A DNA stretch of 64,000 nt from Camelus dromedarius (Eukaryota): contig NC_087437.1 in assembly GCF_036321535.1 (NCBI RefSeq), forward strand, positions 29,080,001 to 29,144,000, read 5' to 3'. A program made the position numbers and the translations under genes. The notes under the pieces were generated by a model. It saw only the letters and a list, made by a program, of their open reading frames with translations. It did no database searches and had not been told where the DNA came from. Below are positions 37,191-48,700 of this stretch, piece by piece. Within the stretch, counting starts at the first letter, position 1; every line of letters begins with the position of its first letter.

Positions 37191-37742
37191 ATGAGAGAGT
37201 ACAAAGTGGTGGTGCTGGGCTCGGGCGGCGTGGGTAAGTCCGCGCTCACGGTGCAGTTCGTGACCGGCTCCTTCATCGAGAAGTACGACCCCACCATCGA
37301 GGACTTCTACCGCAAAGAGATCGAGGTGGACTCGTCGCCGTCGGTGCTGGAGATTCTGGACACGGCAGGCACGGAGCAGTTCGCGTCCATGCGGGACCTG
37401 TATATCAAGAACGGCCAGGGCTTCATCCTCGTCTACAGCCTCGTTAACCAGCAGAGCTTCCAGGATATTAAGCCCATGCGGGACCAGATCATCCGCGTGA
37501 AGCGGTACGAGCGCGTGCCCATGATCCTGGTAGGCAACAAGGTGGACCTGGAGGGCGAACGCGAGGTCTCCTACGGCGAGGGCAAGGCCCTGGCCGAGGA
37601 GTGGAGCTGCCCCTTCATGGAGACGTCTGCCAAAAACAAAGCCTCGGTGGACGAGCTGTTCGCCGAGATCGTGCGGCAGATGAACTACGCGGCGCAGCCC
37701 AACGGCGACGAGGGCTGCTGCTCGGCCTGCGTGATCCTCTGA
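37191..37742 (+). CDS. RAP2B: Ras-related protein Rap-2b, single coding exon, 183 aa
   Basis: Intact ORF with Kozak GGAGCCATGA. Motifs: G1 GSGGVGKS, effector YDPTIED, Rap-type DTAGTE, NKVD, ETSAK. C-terminus GCCSACVIL (CC palmitoylation pair plus CAAX) is typical of Rap2B. Intronless and GC-rich, matching human RAP2B as recalled. Confidence 0.99.
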
Positions 37743-38596
37743 GGCGCCCGCGGCCGCCGCGCGCCGGCCGCGCTCTGCGCACAAAAGCCAAACGCACCCG
37801 ACTCTCTAAATGTGATTTCTCTTCTTGCTTTGAGATTGGAGACGACTTTGCATTGGCCAGAGTGTTCTGGGAGCCCGGCTGGCCTCCATGGCCGAGTCCC
37901 TTGCCTCTGCCCCGTGTCCGAGGGGGTGTCCCGTCCTGACCATCGGAGACCCGGTGGAAATGTGGCTCTTTGCGGCTTGTACGTTTCTCATTGATTTTGG
38001 TTGATGCATTATTTCCCCGTTGAAGCAGCCGTTAGGGCGCTGTACTGGCAGTTTGACACCGGCCAGCGAAAGTTTCAGCCTGGAAAGAAAAAAATGGGGT
38101 GGGGGAGGAAAAGGACGGGGAGAAGGTGGAAAGGGGGGGGATTTTTTTTTTTTCTGTCAACAACCGTTTTTCTAGTTCCAAGTTTTAAATACACGGAAGG
38201 AAGTCCGGAGAACCAAATGAAGGAGCAGGAGGAGAGGAAGAAACTTTTGTTTTTTCCTTGTTTTCCAGGAGTAACTGGAAATTAAGATCGGGTTCCTTTT
38301 CTGCCAGCTTGGAAGGGCAACCCCGTGACTGATTGCGATTCTGAGGATGTCTATGCAAAGTTGGATTCTTGTTACAGTGTATCCAATCTGAAGTATTGCA
38401 CATCTGAACTGGGACTGTTAACACTGATGCCAATACAGTGTGGGGTGCCAGAAAGTGTCTGCTGATATTTGTGGAAAAAAAAATCTATTTTGTTTACCTA
38501 CTGTATCAAAGGGGAGTCTGGGGGAGAACGGTAGTATTTTTTTTTATCAGCTGTGAAAAAAAAATGTTACAGATCTGCACATTCTTGTGTGTACTG

Positions 38597-38630
38597 TTGT
38601 GTGTGCGTGCGTGTGTGTGTGTGTGTGTGT
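38597..38630 (+). repeat. Imperfect (TG)n microsatellite in 3'UTR
   Basis: Read directly; other TG tracts near 7918-7934 and 51430-51462. Confidence 0.9.
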
Positions 38631-41600
38631 TTATAGTTAGCTTTTTGTTCTCACTGGTTGGCAGTAACAGGTTTTGATGACTAGCTCTTTAAAATACAGT
38701 ACAAAGACTTCACAAATGTGATTCAGGGCCCCCAGCACCCCTGTGTCTGCAGAGTGCCTTCAAAACTCAGCTGTTCCAGCCGGTGCCAACCTGTGAACTT
38801 CCCACCAGATCCCAGAATTTGCTGTTCCCCCAAACCACTTCCCAGTTTCCTTTCAGTAATCTTCCTGAAGGAGCCAGGACAATAGGGCCTGTTGTTTGGT
38901 GAATTTCTTTATTATTTCCAGCCTTTTACTTGTCTTGCAATGGGTTGGGTTTTTTTTTTTTTTTCCTTTCTTTTTTGTTTTTATTTTTGTTTTGCTTCAT
39001 TTTGTTCCAATGTCCAGGTATTTAGCGCCCCTTTTATATTATTTTTTTAAGTTTTGATATTCTGTTATAGGGTGTTCCTCCAGAAGCCAAGAGCAAAATT
39101 TTACTGTTGTGATGTACCATGAGAATTCTAACAACTTGTAATTTTTGATTCCAGACACTCATTTAATCATTGTCTCTTCATTTTAAGATTTTTTAATACA
39201 GTTGTCATTTTTAAAGAAACAAATCCAAAACTATTGTTTGTGTTTTTGTTTCCATATTCAGTGATTTAATACAGTATCATGGCTGAGGAGGACAGGGGCA
39301 GGTAGGTGCACGGTGCCCCCAGGAGTGGTTTGTCAAATTTTAAAGAAAGAAGTGTCTCAGTGACAAGTTGGGTGACATTACTCCCAACTCCTTAAACATG
39401 GAAAAAATTCAAGGTGAGGATGCCCTGGGGTAAGACCATACCCTGTGATTACAAGATGAATAGGATATTGAATCTGTTCTGCTGCCTTGGAGCAGTTTGT
39501 CTCAGGTAGGGACGGGGAGAAACTAACTGCTAAGATGTGGGAAAGTAACCATCCACCTGGCCAGGAAAAGAAGTGCTTTCAATTTTCCTTTTTCTTTTCT
39601 TTATTTCTTCTTCTCCTTCTGGTTTGTTTGTTTTGTTTTGTTTTGTTTAGATTACATCACATACAGTCAAAAGCATGCTTGGGGAAGATAATTTGCAATT
39701 CCGATGTCTTACCTAGAAGTGTTTCCTGCAGTACATTTGTATGGGTTGTGGACAGTATCCACCCTAAAGGCTTTGATTTGGAAATAGATCATTAGGTTAC
39801 AAAAGAAGAGAAAAAGAAAAAACTAAGACAAGCCTCTTGCTCTCATTACACTGTGCAGTTTGTGGACCATTTTGACCTCTGAAGTTTTCCTACTAACAGC
39901 AGGAGGCAGTGTGAGCTTTTTATTTTGTATTTTATTTTTCTTAAGGGCCGCTTTACTAATATAACCTCCATCAAATAAAAAAAGTTGTGCAACTGGCTGT
40001 CGAGAGCACTTGATATACCTTAGGCCCAACAGGTATAGATGAAATCTTCTGAAGCGTCTTTTGACAGATTTATTCTGTAGAGGAAACCAAAAGAAATTAC
40101 AGGCCACAGGTTTCTTTAAAGCTGTGTTAACATATCTTGCCTTAAAATGTTGTGTCCTTTGCCCAGGCGACATCTCAGAATTCCAGCATGGACAAGGAAT
40201 GGAGAGTTCTGCCTGGGTTTGGTCCTCGGGCCATTTTGTTCACTCATGATCCCACTTAAGTTTAGTATGAAACTCATTTGGAAGGCAGTGTATGTATGCT
40301 AAATATAGAAATTAGGAGAAATTATTCCAATTTATGCCTTTGCAAAGGTTCATTCCTTCATTTCTGTAAATTTAGTTGCTCCTGTAGATCTAAAGTGTTG
40401 AAAATTCTGAAAACATATATCAAATACTACGTCAAGGATTTTTTTAAGAGGCATTTAGTGACTTCCTTCTGATTTTGTTTTGGTTTTTTGGAAGCCTTTT
40501 GACATAAAATGCTGCCAAGTATCTAACTTAAGAAGTGTATATACTCCTGACAGGGAATTTTTGAAAATGGGAAATTGGTTGCTGGTTGCATTAATCATCT
40601 TCACACAGGATTTAGTCACTTACATGACTAAATTCTTTATAGGTCTGGGATGGCAAGGCAGAAGATTTTAATATGCTTTTACTGAGTACTGTAAAATAAA
40701 TGCTTTCTGGATTCTCAATGAAAACAATTTTGTGTGTGTGCCTGGAGCAGGAAAAGAGTACTGAGTTTTGTAGACTTCTCCGATATTTGACAAAGTTGAG
40801 AGAAATTAGGGACATTTGTTTTTAAGAATATGTCAGTTTACTTGGTGAGTAAGAACCCCTTCTGGTATTTCGGTGTGAAGAGATAAGAGCCTTTGTTTCC
40901 GCAGAAAAGTTGGGCTGTCTTAAGAGTGTTAAAGGAAGGCGGGGCGGGGGAGGGAGGAGTTTGCTGGAAGGCAGTCACCTGTCAAAACAAAAACTGGGTG
41001 GGAAAGGAACCTTTATCTTGGGGAGCAAAAGTTAACTTTTAAACTTGACCCCTGCTGTTTTTTAACAGCTTTTCCTTTTGGTCCCTGACTGTCATGAAGC
41101 TTGATGTCATTTCAAAGGATTGTTTTTCTTCTCCCTTTTGTAACGGCCTCAGAGAAGTTGAAGGTATCATGGGAAGTCTAACGTTTTCATGTTTGGGAGT
41201 TACGGTTCTTCAGTACAACAATGTCCCCCTTGTTAACTGCTGAAGTAGACTCCAGTGAATCACATTTTAGGACCAGGTCTGTTGGGGGTTAGAATTCTTT
41301 CAGTGTGTGAGGTTTCATGCTGCCTGGTTTGTTAACCTTTCCTGTCGGTAGGAATCCTAAAATGCCTCATTGACTTGAACTGTTCAGGTAGTTTTATAAG
41401 TGCGTTCACCAGCATGTGATTGCACCCCCCTTTGAGATACGTTCCCGTATTTCTCACAGATGGGCTGGGAAAGTGAGAGAACACTGTATGTCACAGTTGG
41501 TCTAAAGAAATAGGTAAAAAAAAATGCCTGGACCTTAACTGTCATAAAAGGATCTCTTTACTTTTCACAACTAGAATAAGCCCCCTACTTACAAATATGA

Positions 41601-41888
41601 GGGTTTAATTTGGAGATCACCGCGGTTAGTTAAAATGAGTTCAAACACTGGTCACAGTGTCTACTTAATTGGGAAAAGCCTGCCAGTATGAATTTCGTCC
41701 TGGTGAAAATGTAGCAAAGTTTAAGTATTACAAATAGAATGTGACATTTTTGGTTATGATGTTTTACTCAGACTACTGGGAGTAATCAAAGGTATTTAAT
41801 TGAACATGGTGCTAGTTCTAGAAGATACACTTGATCTGCCGACAGTAGGATTTTGCTAGTTGGAGAAGGCTTGAGGGAGCGTCTGGGC

Positions 41889-42065
41889 CAGAGTATCTCA
41901 AACTTGACCGTGTATCAAAACCACGTGGAGTGAAAACGAGTCTTGGCCCTTCCTTTAGTTTCTTACCCAGTATGTCTGGGTGTGGTCTCATAATTTTCAT
42001 TTCTAACAAGTTTCCAGGTGATGCTGATACAGCTGTTCCAGGGACTACATTCTGAGACCCAATGA
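41889..42065. mobile_element. MER5A-like MITE within the putative 3'UTR
   Basis: CATTTCTAACAAGTTTCCAGGTGATGCTGAT core. Related MER5 copies lie near 49675-49812, 50150-50320, 52385-52505 and 61848-62010. Confidence 0.78.
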
Positions 42066-43623
42066 TCTAGCCCAAGCTCCGAATGAGTACTTCACTAAGA
42101 GCTACGTAAATATTTAGAGATACAGACTTAAGACCCATGTCACACATTTTATAGTGCTGCCTACCACAAAGTCATGGCACAATCTTGGCTGAAATCTATA
42201 GCCACTGAGGACATATACCAGTGACGCTGAGACTGTAAACTGTGGAGTATGAATGGGATAGACACATTGCTGGCTGAGTGACCATTGTCACATTAGTCTG
42301 TGAACAGTTTGGTTGTGGGTTTTGGTGTTAATTCAGAAGGTAACAGACATGAATAAATGATCAGAATAGGAGAATGGCCTAAATAATCAGAATCAACATT
42401 TTCTCAAAAAAAAAAACAAAAAACAATTTTGAGAAGAATGTCTTTGATAAAGGGTTCAAGGGTTTGTCTTCTCTTACTTCAAAATTAAAAGGCAAGAAGT
42501 TTAACTTTGCTTCCTAGCAAGGATTTTAAAAAAAGAATTTGTATTTAAGAATTTAAATCTTCAGGTCATAGTAAGCACATGTGTGTGTCTATATGTATAG
42601 GGGGGTGTGTGTGTAAATACATACATTCAGTTTCGTATCAGACTTTCCAGGAATCATTCAATTCAGTGTCATGTAGTTGTGTGGTTATCCATTCTGGAAC
42701 AATGCACAGCATAAAACAATGCCACACATCTTGTCTTATTACACATCTTACTCTGCTGGAACTGTGAGTGTTAATCTGTTTTGCAAATTGGAGGGAGCAG
42801 CTATTTATATTTTTCCTTTGGTCTTAAATCTCTGAGGAAATATTTTTCTTAAAATAGGGAAGTAGAAAGCACATGCTTTTTTGTCCAATTGACTAAACTT
42901 GCTATTTTTTACACTTTAAATGAATTACCTGGCAAAATTATGTATACCTAAGTTTATCACAGGTTTCAGAATGTGTGGTTGGTTGATTTGTGGTAATTTT
43001 GTGAATATAGCAAAAACATTTTTTAAAAGTAGACGAGAATATTGATGCACTGAGAATACAGGTGCCCAAAAAAGCTGGAGATTGTTCCTTGGTTGTCTTA
43101 AGAATATGGTTACAGTGGAAATTGGTAAACATTGCTGTAGTTGATTCATTCATTGTTCAATTATTCAAGCATTTATTAAGCACATACTGTTAGCTGTGGT
43201 GTAAGGACTAATCCTTAAATAGGCGGGAGCCGGGCAAGAGAGCAACAACTTTGTGCTTTTATCACCATAAGCTGTGAGAATATATTGTATATTAAACAGT
43301 AGGAGTATATGGAAAAGCACAGTTACCTGTGCCACCAATTATAACAGAATCCTTTGGGGCCATCTGGCAGGCAATAGCGTAGGTAAATTTGTTAAAAATT
43401 GGAACTTTACTTTGAAAGGTGTGTGGATATGCAAACAAAACTAGATCCCATAAGGCTGAAGTAACTAACAGGTTTGTTGCATGTGGAACTCTGTAATCTA
43501 CTGCACTGTTTCCAACTCACTTTTGGAGATTAGCTAAAATTGAGTATTTAGAAATTAAGAAGTCCGTTTACTTTTATATTTTCATGTCAAAAGGAAGAAG
43601 GGAAAATGGAAAAAAAGACTTAA

Positions 43624-43717
43624 CGAAATTTGTTCCCTGCCTTCTTTCTTTGTTTAATGAGAAAACAAAGCGAAATTTGTTCCCTGCCTTTTTTCTTTTT
43701 TTAATGAGAAAACAAAA
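43624..43717 (+). repeat. 47-bp tandem duplication
   Basis: CGAAATTTGTTCCCTGCCTT...TTAATGAGAAAACAAA starts at 43624 and again at 43671. Confidence 0.93.
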
Positions 43718-45517
43718 AAGAAAAGGACAATTTAGGTTATATTTGTAAAGAAGCGATTGTTGGCGTAAGGTCTTTGGGGGTTCCTCGTGTAAAGAAGATT
43801 CAGGGTAGAGTATTTTCTTTTAAAAAAGATAATCTCCTAAAAATGAGTGTGCCAAAGAATTAAGCTTATGTTTTAAGTTTGCTAAGCTTATAGTTATCTT
43901 ATACAGAAGCTCTTGCTCTCACGCCTTTAGTGCTTATTGGAAGAAGGCAACCAGAAAGAAAGGCTGGGCAGCAAGCTACGAGAGGGACTAATAATAACAA
44001 TTATTGCAAAACCTTACGAAGTGAAGGGGCTGTCGTTACTAACTTCATGCAGTCTGCAAAATGATTTCTAGTGACTATTTGGGGTAGACTATCTCATGAA
44101 TTTAATAACATACTTCTTAAATGTGGAAAATTATAGAATTACAGACAGCAGAATCATTCATCTGAAATAAGTAATTTTTTAAAAAATCTGATTATTATAC
44201 AACCATTTATGAGATGCAAACTTAGTATGTTTTATAGCTAAAGTAAAGGCCTTCACATTTTACATCCGAGCATTTATAAAATCTGGGTTGAGTCATGAAC
44301 TCAGAATATTTTAATGTTACTTAATATTATACACGTTAATATTTCAAAATATTCTCTCTAAAGGCTAACATTATGTTGAATTACATCTCTTTCAAGAAAA
44401 GACCCTCTAGAGATCTGTACTAGTACCAGCGTAATTCTGTAAGAACATACATGTCAATAAGATATATTTTAAAAACATGTTTTAGATAGTTTTCCACTCT
44501 ACATTGTAATTAGTTAAGAGAATTGCAAATATATCTCTAAGTTGGATTTCAACATCATTCAGCCTCTAGTAGAAAAAAAGGCTTGAGGTGGAAGCTCTTT
44601 ACTCTGAGTTTGGTTATCTTAGCTTTACCTTATCATGTTACATGTTATTTGTCTTTTTGTATATTGTTTCATTCATCCACATTGGCTTTATGCAAACTGT
44701 TTTCTCTGTCACAAGTGTAATCAATGTTAATTGATAAAAAAAATCTAAGAACTGCTTAACTAATGGCTATATAAATGTGTTTTCCATGTAATAATGAAAA
44801 AGCATTTTTCACGCAGTTTGAGGTCCAGACTGAAACAGATCCTACTAGTTAGAGGAGATTACCCACTAAACAGATATTACCCTTTGGTATGAGTATAGCC
44901 TTTGCATTTCATTTTTTTAAATGATAAAGGAAATTTTTTAAAAATGAATTCAATCATAGGAACATTCATTTTCATATACTTAAAACAGCAGGAAAATATT
45001 TCCAGACCATCTCTTCTTCCTCATTAATCTTTTGCTGAGGCCAAAAAAAATGAGAAATAACCCAAAGACCCTTTCTTTGAGAGAATTTTATACCTTGAAA
45101 GGTGGGGCCAGTAATAAAAAAAGAAAAAAACTAATCTGGAGGGCAAAACAGTTTTCCTGCATTTTTGTACAAACCAGCTTTTATTTCATCACTGAGGAGG
45201 CATAAATAGTGGTAGGGGCAATGGAATATTTTCCTCCATCATTTTGGCAGTGTTCCGCAGGCGGGCTCAGTACTCTGGGTGCCAAGGCAGGAGAGTGGGA
45301 CAGAGCTGAGAAGGGAGTCACTGCAGGCTGAGGTGGAATCATTCCTCCGCCCACACCCTCATTCCTGCATTCTTCCAACCCTAGAGGATTTCCTCGTGTC
45401 CAAGTCTGATTCATCATGACGCAGGATTTACTGAGGCTTAGGGCTTCTGCTGGCCAGAGGTGGAGAAGCCTATGGGATAGGAGGTAACGCTACTGTAATG
45501 AAGTCCACTCTTAACTC

Positions 45518-45746
45518 CGAGTTGTCCAACCTCTGTGCCATTAATATTGGGGGGGTGGATAATTCTTGTTTGTGAAGCTGTCCTGTGTGTTTCAGGATGC
45601 TCAGCAGCATCCCTGGCCTCTACCCACTAGATGCCAGTGGCACCCCTTCCCACCCGAGTTGTGACAACCAGAAAAGTCTGCAGACATTGCCAACGAATTC
45701 CCGGGGAGGAGGGGGAGCGGGTGCTGCTTAACAGTTGAGAACCACT
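45518..45746 (-). mobile_element. MER20 hAT-Charlie element
   Basis: CAGCATCCCTGGCCTCTACCCACTAGATGCCAG...GTTGTGACAACC...GTTGAGAACCACT. Confidence 0.88.
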
Positions 45747-48700
45747 ACTCTGAAACTGACTGGGTGCAGTTGGAGAAAGCACAAACCAGGACAGAGACGG
45801 GTTGAACCTGGGAGCAGTTAAGACTTTTCCTTCCTCCGGAGCACTGCCATGAATGCTTCTCTTTTAAAATATCAGTGTTCTCTGTTGTGCTTGGGACAAT
45901 AGCACTTTCCTCAACTCATTAAAGTCACACCTAAGAGAAAAACACAGTTTTGAGGGACTGAGGTTTCCTGGTGATTTTAGTTACCTGAAAGAAGAAGGAA
46001 TGTGATTCAAAAGGAAGGTATGCTCTGGCTGGGGTCGGAGGGTACCCGGGGGCATGCTGATTCTAAGTAGAGGAACCTAGAAGTACAGGAGGAATCCCGA
46101 AAGGGATGTCGACAGCAGCAGTGTTGCAGCTTTGTTTGGGGTCCCTAAACCTCCACTGGGAGACGTCTGGAAGGTTTTCAGCCTCACCCAGCTTCCTCCA
46201 CTTCACCTCTCAATCTCCTTCCCATTAATCCAGGCCCTTATTTCACACCTGAACTCCTCACTTTGGGGTAGAAAGGATGTGTTCTATGCCTCCCATCCCT
46301 CTTTATTTTCACTTTTACAGTTCCTCCTTCCTTCCCTTGTCTTCCTTTTTCTTAGCCACCTCTAGAGCAGATGACTTGAGTATGTCCAGAGCAGACCCCT
46401 GTTGTTTAATTGCACACACCTACCTGTGCCCAAACCCCCCGCCAGGCTGTCAAGAAGCGGGCAGCAGAGGCAGTGGTGGTTGCCTTGTAACGAGGTTCCT
46501 CTGGAATCCAGCGGTCTTTAGTGAGCGCCTACGCTGTGCTTGCCAACCCCTGAAGTACAGCATTAAGTATTTCCTGTCAGCAAGTTCATTAATGTGAAAT
46601 TAACTCAATGACCATGCTCCTTAATTCACTCGGAACCAGTCACGATCGTTTTTGATCTTAAGTTTTATTTGAAACAGATATCTTAAAACCTCTGCAGTAT
46701 ACCTCTAAAAACTTCAAGCAACAAGAGACCCTATCTGATGGGACAATTATGATTCTACACTTCACAGGGGCACATTTGGAAATCTCACATTCCTAGTAAG
46801 TAGGAGGCGTGACAGCTCTGTACCTGAACGAGAACAGTCTCCAAGCCCATCCAAAGGTTCTAACCAGCTAGAAGAGTCTCTCTAAGAAAGGTAGGCAGTA
46901 AATAAAATAATTCTTTACAATAAAAAGTACTGTTTGGTGAAAGTGTATTTGGGTAGCTGAATGATTTGGGTAGCTGAAACTTGCTTCTTGAAGTTGCGAG
47001 CAATCTTGTATTAGCATGGATGGTGTTAACAGAGATATTTCACTCTCTGTTCTATCTTTGTATTAAGTTGAAAATGGAAACATCCAATTTAATTGGTAAT
47101 GTGATCACAGTTAAGATGGAGAAAACAGATTTGGTATATCTAAATTTCTTATTTTTCTTATTCTCTGTTTCCCCCTTTTATAATCATCTGTGCTGTTCGG
47201 CAACTATTTTTAACTCTAGGTTTCATTGGCTTTGGGGAGTATTACATTTTCTTTCTAATTAAAAAGTCTATAATGAGAGAAGTATTCAGTTATGAATCAC
47301 TATAGCTCATAGCCAAGAAATATATGTGTCATAAATGTAAACAAATAAATTAATCGTGTAGGATGTTTTGCAATGTCATTATTTGCATTTACCTTTTATA
47401 CCTTAGAAATGATTTTCAATGCAACGTTTTTAGTGGAAATGAAATTCACCCTTTTCCTTGATTAATTATCATTTGACTATTTGGTCAAAGTATTATCATG
47501 AACTCTCTCTAGTTTACGTTTTGTAGCAAAATTACTAATAATTTTCCTTTTTAACTCTTTCCTTGGAAGAGTGGCATTTCATGAATAGAAAAAAAAAAAA
47601 AGCTTGTATGTGAATTATCCAAAAGTCATACAGTGGTTGTTTGGATTTATCATGGTGGTGGTGATTTTGGCAAAATATTTACCTGCTTGATTACAAGTAC
47701 TATAATTGATTTGTACCAGCCTATAGTAAAGCATCAAAAATACACGCACAATGGGCCTATAGTGCTTTTTTTGGTGTTAACAGTTTGGGATAATGTGTAA
47801 AGTAGATAACATACCAGAAATAAATACACAAAAAGTTGGCCTCCTAGAAGCATTTTATGCAGTTTAAAAAAATTATGTGATAAAAATTATCAGAATGATA
47901 ACAGTGCCATTCAGTGAGAACTGCCAATTTTCATGAGAAAAAAATTTCAGATCGCCTAAATTATCTTCTTTTCCTACTTCCCAAGCCTGGCCCTCTTTGA
48001 CTATTGAGAGCACAATCTTTCATTTGCCAGAGAAAATGAACAGATTTTGTTGTCTGCAATGAATTCCAAATGGAGTTTAAAGTATTACAGATCAGAACTT
48101 AAATAGATTACAGGAACCTAATTTTCACATTTTTAGTATCAGAATTCAAACTTTGTATAGAGCCTGGTTTCATTAAGCAGTGAAATATTTTATCATAAAT
48201 AATCAAATAATGACTGCTGTAAAGAAAGAGTGACTTTTATGATCGCTGTCAGTATCAGTGCCACTGAAATTTCATTCCCTTATTCGAGTTTGTGAAACAG
48301 GTATTTTCTTGGCGATTCTTTATGTGCATTTTGGAGCAAAAATGAAATCTCTATAAATGTATTTTAAAAATTGATCTTTCAGAGTATTTTTATCTTGGTA
48401 TTATTCTTTAAAAAATTGTAGTTGACCTGAATAGAGTTAAAGATTTTGTCCCAAATACTAAATTATGATTCCCATAGCAACCATAATTTACCTCTCTTAT
48501 ATAACTCCCTGCTTCATGCCATGGATAATATATGCAATATAACTCTAATTAACTTTCATCTTTCCTTAGATTAAGTGTTTGGTTTCCAGGAATAGAAGGT
48601 AGAGGAAGGTGGGGAGTGATGCTGTGTTTGTAGACTCCACAGACTGAGAATCGGTGGATTGCCAAGTAATAGAAGAAGGATTTACTTAGGATTTCAGCCA

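Larger units (their letters stand above)
35890..37960. promoter_or_regulatory. CpG island spanning RAP2B promoter, 5'UTR and CDS
   Basis: Very high GC and dense CpG against a CpG-depleted AT-rich background; GC boxes near 36586-36600 and 36687-36697. Edges approximate; a weaker CpG-rich shoulder extends to ~34900. Confidence 0.92.
37743..45118 (+). other. RAP2B: Putative long RAP2B 3'UTR with alternative poly(A) signals
   Basis: Repeat-poor, U-rich sequence after the stop codon; AATAAA at 39974, 40695 and 45113. The distal end relies on recall that human RAP2B has a multi-kb 3'UTR. Confidence 0.5.

Noticed and set aside
36561..37784. 407-aa antisense ORF overlapping RAP2B
   Set aside because: Shadow frame of a GC3-rich CDS and CpG island; non-ATG start, low-complexity Ala/Arg/Gly/Pro, no recognisable domain.
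46947..46980. 17-bp tandem repeat ATTTGGGTAGCTGAA (similar 24-bp duplication near 9619-9666)
   Set aside because: Ordinary slippage micro-duplications with no supporting context.
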